A stretch of 64,000 bases of DNA from Nanobdellati archaeon (lineage in GTDB: Archaea > EX4484-52 > GLR71): assembly GCA_019429005.1 (NCBI GenBank), contig JAHYJR010000001.1, positions 200,663-264,662 on the forward strand. The letters are read 5' to 3'. Position 1 is the first letter of the stretch. Each line of letters begins with the position of its first letter. The notes under the pieces were generated by a model. It was not told where the DNA came from and searched no databases. It was given only the letters and a program-made list of their open reading frames with translations. Both the position numbers and the translations under genes were made by a program. This document shows, in pieces, positions 59,557 to 64,000 of this stretch.

Positions 59557-60816
59557 ATGAATATTTATATTGAGACTTATGGTTGTTCGGCAAATCAGTC
59601 AAATTCCGAGATTATGGGAGGGCTATTATTAAATGCTGGACATAATATAGTTTCTGAAGATGCTGCTGATATTATTATAATTAATTCTTGTACTGTTAAA
59701 TTACCAACTGAACGTAAGATTTACAAGCGTATTGAAAAACTAAAATTTAGTGATAAACTTGTTATTATATCTGGTTGTATGCCTGAAGTGCAGAAAGATG
59801 AAATTTTAAAATTAAATTCAAATGTCTCTTTTCTTGGTATAAATGCGATTGATCAGGTTGTTGATCTTGTCAATTCAATATCGTCTGATATGAGTTCAGA
59901 ACTGTTTACAGATATAAAAACCGAACTTGTTGGAAAACCTAAATTACGGACAAATAAAAACATAAATATTGTTCAAATATCATCTGGTTGTAATTTTGAT
60001 TGTTCATATTGCGTTGTACGTTCGGCAAAAGGTTCTTTGAAATCATTTTCACCAAATTCAATTATAAATGATATCAAAGAGGGCTTAGATGCTGGTTGTA
60101 AAGAAATTTGGCTTACGTCTCAAGATACTGCTGCGTATGGTACTGATACTGGCATAAGACTTCCTGCTCTTTTAAGAAAAATTTGTGCAATAAACGGTAC
60201 TTTTAAAATTCGTTTAGGTATGATGAATCCGCAATCAATAAAGCCTATTATGGAAGATCTTATTGATTCATATTCAAATTCAAAAATTTATAATTTTTTA
60301 CACATACCAGTTCAATCTGGGTCAGATAAAGTTTTGAATGATATGGGTCGCCGTTATACTTCTGAAGAATTTTTAGATATTGTAAATAGTTTTAGGTCTA
60401 GAATAAAAGATTTGACTGTATCAACCGATATTATTGTAGGGTATCCTACAGAAGATGTATCTGATTTTAATGCGACTGTAGCATTATTGGAAGAACTTAA
60501 TCCCAACATTGTAAATATTTCTAAATATGGTCCAAGACCAATGACTCGTGCTGCAAAGTTGCCCTTATTATCCTTTGATGTTGTAAAGCAAAGATCTAAA
60601 ACAATATCCGATCTTTGTTCAAAAGTAACTCTTAAAAATTCAGAAAAAATGATTAATTGGACTGGTTCTGTTCTTATTTCAGAAATAGGTCCAAAAGGCG
60701 GGTTTATTACAAGAAATGCGTCCTATAAACCAATTTTAATACAAAAGGGTGTTTTAGGTAGTTTTATTGATGTTAAAGTTACTGAAGTACAAAATGGTTA
60801 TCTTATAGGCGAATGA
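59557..60816 (+). CDS. tRNA methylthiotransferase (archaeal MtaB/CDKAL1-like radical SAM with TRAM domain)
   Basis: TYGCSAN, NSCTV, GCNFDCSYC, HIPVQSGS and TDIIVGYP. Confidence 0.93.
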   Translation: MNIYIETYGCSANQSNSEIMGGLLLNAGHNIVSEDAADIIIINSCTVKLPTERKIYKRIEKLKFSDKLVIISGCMPEVQKDEILKLNSNVSFLGINAIDQVVDLVNSISSDMSSELFTDIKTELVGKPKLRTNKNINIVQISSGCNFDCSYCVVRSAKGSLKSFSPNSIINDIKEGLDAGCKEIWLTSQDTAAYGTDTGIRLPALLRKICAINGTFKIRLGMMNPQSIKPIMEDLIDSYSNSKIYNFLHIPVQSGSDKVLNDMGRRYTSEEFLDIVNSFRSRIKDLTVSTDIIVGYPTEDVSDFNATVALLEELNPNIVNISKYGPRPMTRAAKLPLLSFDVVKQRSKTISDLCSKVTLKNSEKMINWTGSVLISEIGPKGGFITRNASYKPILIQKGVLGSFIDVKVTEVQNGYLIGE

Positions 60817-60874
60817 TTCTGTTTTCGATAGTTATTTATATTATGTGTGTTATCTAAATTTTACGGTATATTTT

Positions 60875-61024
60875 ATGAATCTTATCAATTTTGTTAAATA
60901 TTGTATTGAACAAGCAAAAGAAGAGTTTTCAATATGGACTTATGATACTACCTTAATAAGTAAAGTTGTACAAATTGTGGGCTTTATTGCATCGATGTTT
61001 ATATTTTACTATTTGTTTATGTGA
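60875..61024 (+). CDS. Possible 49-aa membrane protein
   Basis: MNLINFVKYCIEQAKEEFSIWTYDTTLISKVVQIVGFIASMFIFYYLFM with a C-terminal TM segment. Confidence 0.4.
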   Translation: MNLINFVKYCIEQAKEEFSIWTYDTTLISKVVQIVGFIASMFIFYYLFM

Positions 61025-61126
61025 GTTTTTGTTTTCAAAATTCAAATATTAAATTGGTTTATTTTTTTAAATTTTTTATAATCCATATGCTTTGGATATT
61101 TATCTAAATCTAATGTTTATTTAATT

Positions 61127-61819
61127 TTAAAACATATCTTCGTTCATATCCACCTTAATTCCTGTTTTAGTTATAGTTAAAGGGTATGTTCCATTCTTAT
61201 GGTTTGTACGTCGCATCTTACGAACTTCAATGTTTCTGAAAGCACCATTACCAAGACTCATATAATATAACACAATAACTCCATCTGCTACAAATTCTTC
61301 AACACCATATCTACTAAGTTGTTTAGTATTCTCAGGTATTTCAGAAAGTAATATTGATGTACAACCTGTTTGTTTTAATGCTTCAACAAGTTTATACAAT
61401 TCTTTTCGTATTTTATAACTATTATCAAGATAAAGTCCGAAAAGGCTTATTGAATCAATAACAAGTCTCTGTATTTTATTAACTACAATAAGGTCTGTCA
61501 TTCGTTGAATGATTTCACCAAGTTCAAATGGGTCATAATAAACAATTCTAAATGTTCCATCTTTTTCATATTTATTCAAATCCCAACCAAATTGTTTTGC
61601 ATTTTCTTTAATTTCTTCAGGTTTTTCTTCTAAAGTGATATATAATGAGTTGCTGCCTTCTTTAAGTCCGTGGTTAACAAATTGACAAGAAAATGTAGTT
61701 TTTCCACAACCAGCACCACCTGTTACAAGTACAACACTACCCTCTGGAATCCCCCCATCTAACATCTCATCAAGACCAATAATACCTGTTTTGATTCTTT
61801 TAGTTTCTTGTGAAGTCAT
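61127..61819 (-). CDS. KaiC/RAD55-like single-domain ATPase
   Basis: TGIIGLDEMLDGG, GGAGCGKT, TLEE, IDSIS and RKMRRT. Confidence 0.92.
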   Translation of the reverse strand: MTSQETKRIKTGIIGLDEMLDGGIPEGSVVLVTGGAGCGKTTFSCQFVNHGLKEGSNSLYITLEEKPEEIKENAKQFGWDLNKYEKDGTFRIVYYDPFELGEIIQRMTDLIVVNKIQRLVIDSISLFGLYLDNSYKIRKELYKLVEALKQTGCTSILLSEIPENTKQLSRYGVEEFVADGVIVLYYMSLGNGAFRNIEVRKMRRTNHKNGTYPLTITKTGIKVDMNEDMF

Positions 61820-61866
61820 GATTATAATTAGGCTTTAGCCTATATATCTTTTTTTAAAAAATAGTT

Positions 61867-61896
61867 AGTATCTGGGATTTTTATTCCCAAGATACT
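61867..61896 (-). terminator. Hairpin downstream of the prenyltransferase gene
   Basis: AGTATCT-GGGA...TCCC-A-AGATACT followed by a T-run on the minus strand. Confidence 0.55.
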
Positions 61897-61911
61897 GGTT
61901 TAGAATTAAAT

Positions 61912-62916
61912 TTATTTCTGTCTTTTAACAATAAAATTTGTTATTTCAATAAGATCCTCTTTTGATGGTATGTTGAGATTTTCTAGAATGTCCATAGCTT
62001 CATCAAGCATCTTATTTGCAAGTTCTTCAGCATATTTGATTGCTCCTATATGATTAAATTTTTCAATAACCCATTCAACTTCTTCATCTGTAGTACTATC
62101 TCGTGGTTTATCGAGGATTTCAATCAATTTATCTTTTTGTGTTTCTGACATATTTTCAAGTGCGTATATGACCATTAGACTTCGTTTACCTTCTTTTATG
62201 TCATTTCCAATCATACCGCCTCTGCCTTTTCCTTTAGATAAATCTAAAATATCATCTCTTATTTGAAATGCAGGTCCAATTTTTTGTCCATACGCAATCA
62301 GACTACTTGTAACCTCTTCAGAAGCTCCTGCAATCAATGCACTTCCTGCAACTGACGCACCAAAAAGAATACCTGTTTTTCGCCATATCATGTCCATATA
62401 CTCAGCGACTTTAACATTTTTTTTATTCCTGAAGTTCATATCCATTGTTTGACCTTCAACAATTGTAAGTATCGTATCAGTAAATATTTTAAATAATTTA
62501 ATACTTTTATCTGCATCTAAACCATTTTTATTTGATTGTAAAATTAATTGATATGCACATGCAAAAAGACCATCTCCTATATTTATACCGTGATCCATAC
62601 CGTATTTAATCCAAACTGCAGGATTATCACGTCTTATTGTATCGCCATCTTCAATATCATCATGGACTAATGTCATATTATGTATTACTTCTAATGCTGC
62701 TGCAAATGGCAAAGTTTGTTTTTCTTCAGCTCCAAGGGATTTAGCTGCAACAAGACAAAGTATTGGTCTTAGGCGTTTACCTTTGCTTCCAAGGGCATAC
62801 CACATACCATCATAAAGATTTGGTATAGATGTTTGTTTTGGTATTATTTTTTCAATTTCAGACTCTATCAAGGGTCCTTTTTCTTCAATCAGTTTCTCAA
62901 TATCTATTTTTGCCAT
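61912..62916 (-). CDS. idsA: Polyprenyl (geranylgeranyl) diphosphate synthase
   Basis: GKRLRP, HDDIEDGD..RR, GQTMD, FQIRDDILD and DIKEGK. Confidence 0.93.
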   Translation of the reverse strand: MAKIDIEKLIEEKGPLIESEIEKIIPKQTSIPNLYDGMWYALGSKGKRLRPILCLVAAKSLGAEEKQTLPFAAALEVIHNMTLVHDDIEDGDTIRRDNPAVWIKYGMDHGINIGDGLFACAYQLILQSNKNGLDADKSIKLFKIFTDTILTIVEGQTMDMNFRNKKNVKVAEYMDMIWRKTGILFGASVAGSALIAGASEEVTSSLIAYGQKIGPAFQIRDDILDLSKGKGRGGMIGNDIKEGKRSLMVIYALENMSETQKDKLIEILDKPRDSTTDEEVEWVIEKFNHIGAIKYAEELANKMLDEAMDILENLNIPSKEDLIEITNFIVKRQK

Positions 62917-63100
62917 ATTTATCACACAAATCTAAAAATAATAGGATTAATATATAAACGTATAATATAATCTATAATATCATATTTTTCTCAGTAATTA
63001 TAAATACCTTGCTATATATATTGACGATTATTCTTTTCTAATTTTTGTTTAAATAAACGTTCTACATAAGTTTAAATAGAATTGATATTCAATATAATAT

Positions 63101-64000
63101 ATGAAAGAGCAAGCATCTAAAAACAAACAGATTGATAGTACAATCATATATAGTATACTGCTTACATCTGGAATACTTGTATTACTCTATTATGTACTTA
63201 AAATGGTACTCTATTTTACACCAGCGATAACCATAGCACTTCTCATAATTTATATAACTCGGCCTATTTATACAAGAGTTGAGAAAATAACAAAAAGTAA
63301 AGCAATTTCTATTTTATTTGCGATGGCTTTGACTATAACAATCTTATTGATATTTGTAGTTTATTTCACATCTTCAATTATTCTTGAAGCTATACCTTTA
63401 GTAACATCTGATTCTTTAAATTCAATATTCTTAAATTATGGTGTTGATATGACCCAATTAAGTATTCAATTGGTTAATTTATTAGCATCTTTAGATTTGT
63501 CTAATATTACTTATGCGAGTATCTTATCTGGTGATTATTTATTACCTATTAAAGGTATTGCTAGTTATTTTATTACGGGTTTTATGAATATAGGGTATCT
63601 TTTATTACAAGCATTTATGTCACTTATGATTGCATTTTATTGGGTAAAAGATCGTGACAAACTTAAGAAATTCATCTCAGAGATAATACCTAAATCAAAT
63701 CATGAGTTATTAAATAAATTCATATATGAATTTGATATTTCATTAAATCAGATATATATGGGTGTATTTTTTACTGCTATTTTTACAAGTATTTTAGCGT
63801 ATCCTGTATATCTTTTATTTAATTTGCCTTTTTCAACAATTCTTGCAGTAATGACGGGTATCGTATCTATAGTACCTTTGGTGGGTTCAAGCCTTATTTA
63901 TACACCTATAACATTAATTCTATTTTTAATAGGTGATTTAAAGAAGGCATTAATTTTCTTTTTTGTTTGTATGTTTGTTATAAGTACAATTCCTGATTGG
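63101..64000 (+). CDS. AI-2E (PerM) family transporter, running off the window end
   Basis: Translated by hand from ATG 63101: multi-TM, YITRPIY, FYWVKD and SIVPLVGS pattern. Confidence 0.85.
   Translation, partial: MKEQASKNKQIDSTIIYSILLTSGILVLLYYVLKMVLYFTPAITIALLIIYITRPIYTRVEKITKSKAISILFAMALTITILLIFVVYFTSSIILEAIPLVTSDSLNSIFLNYGVDMTQLSIQLVNLLASLDLSNITYASILSGDYLLPIKGIASYFITGFMNIGYLLLQAFMSLMIAFYWVKDRDKLKKFISEIIPKSNHELLNKFIYEFDISLNQIYMGVFFTAIFTSILAYPVYLLFNLPFSTILAVMTGIVSIVPLVGSSLIYTPITLILFLIGDLKKALIFFFVCMFVISTIPDW

Noticed and set aside
61127-61819. KaiC-like gene as a circadian clock
   Set aside because: It is a single-domain archaeal KaiC/RAD55 ATPase with no kaiA or kaiB in the window.

Overview
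AT-rich archaeal chromosome segment. Gene content and protein style suggest a DPANN-type (Aenigmarchaeota-like) archaeon; this is inference, not a database result. From about 6 kb onward it is mostly housekeeping: alaS, the ftsZ-secE-spt5-rpl11-rpl1-rpl10-rpl12 cluster, slyD, gdhA, leuS, minD, a ThiF/ThiI/Fe-S/SufS sulfur cluster, cysS, adk, pheST, trpS, glyS, endA, top6AB, rio1, aIF1A, nmd3, aIF2-beta, RPA, mcm, tbp, a tRNA methylthiotransferase, a KaiC-like ATPase and a prenyltransferase. It also holds four intron-less tRNAs (Gln, Cys, Phe, Asn) and several decaying genes. The unusual part is 1-4.4 kb: three winged-helix genes surround about 2.4 kb of non-coding DNA carrying at least four different short repeat families, several spaced on the 10.5-bp helical period. 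One motif (AATAACAwTGTTAyAACA) occurs both as a 7x21-bp array inside the first wHTH gene and as palindromic arrays just downstream of it. This looks like an uncharacterised origin-like or centromere-like locus with cognate binding proteins. Other oddities: probable ATA/ATT start codons (including aIF1A), an EndA lacking the usual catalytic Lys, a GATase coupled to Dph6, a THUMP-less ThiI, and a polarised 340-bp TAT/TTT array.
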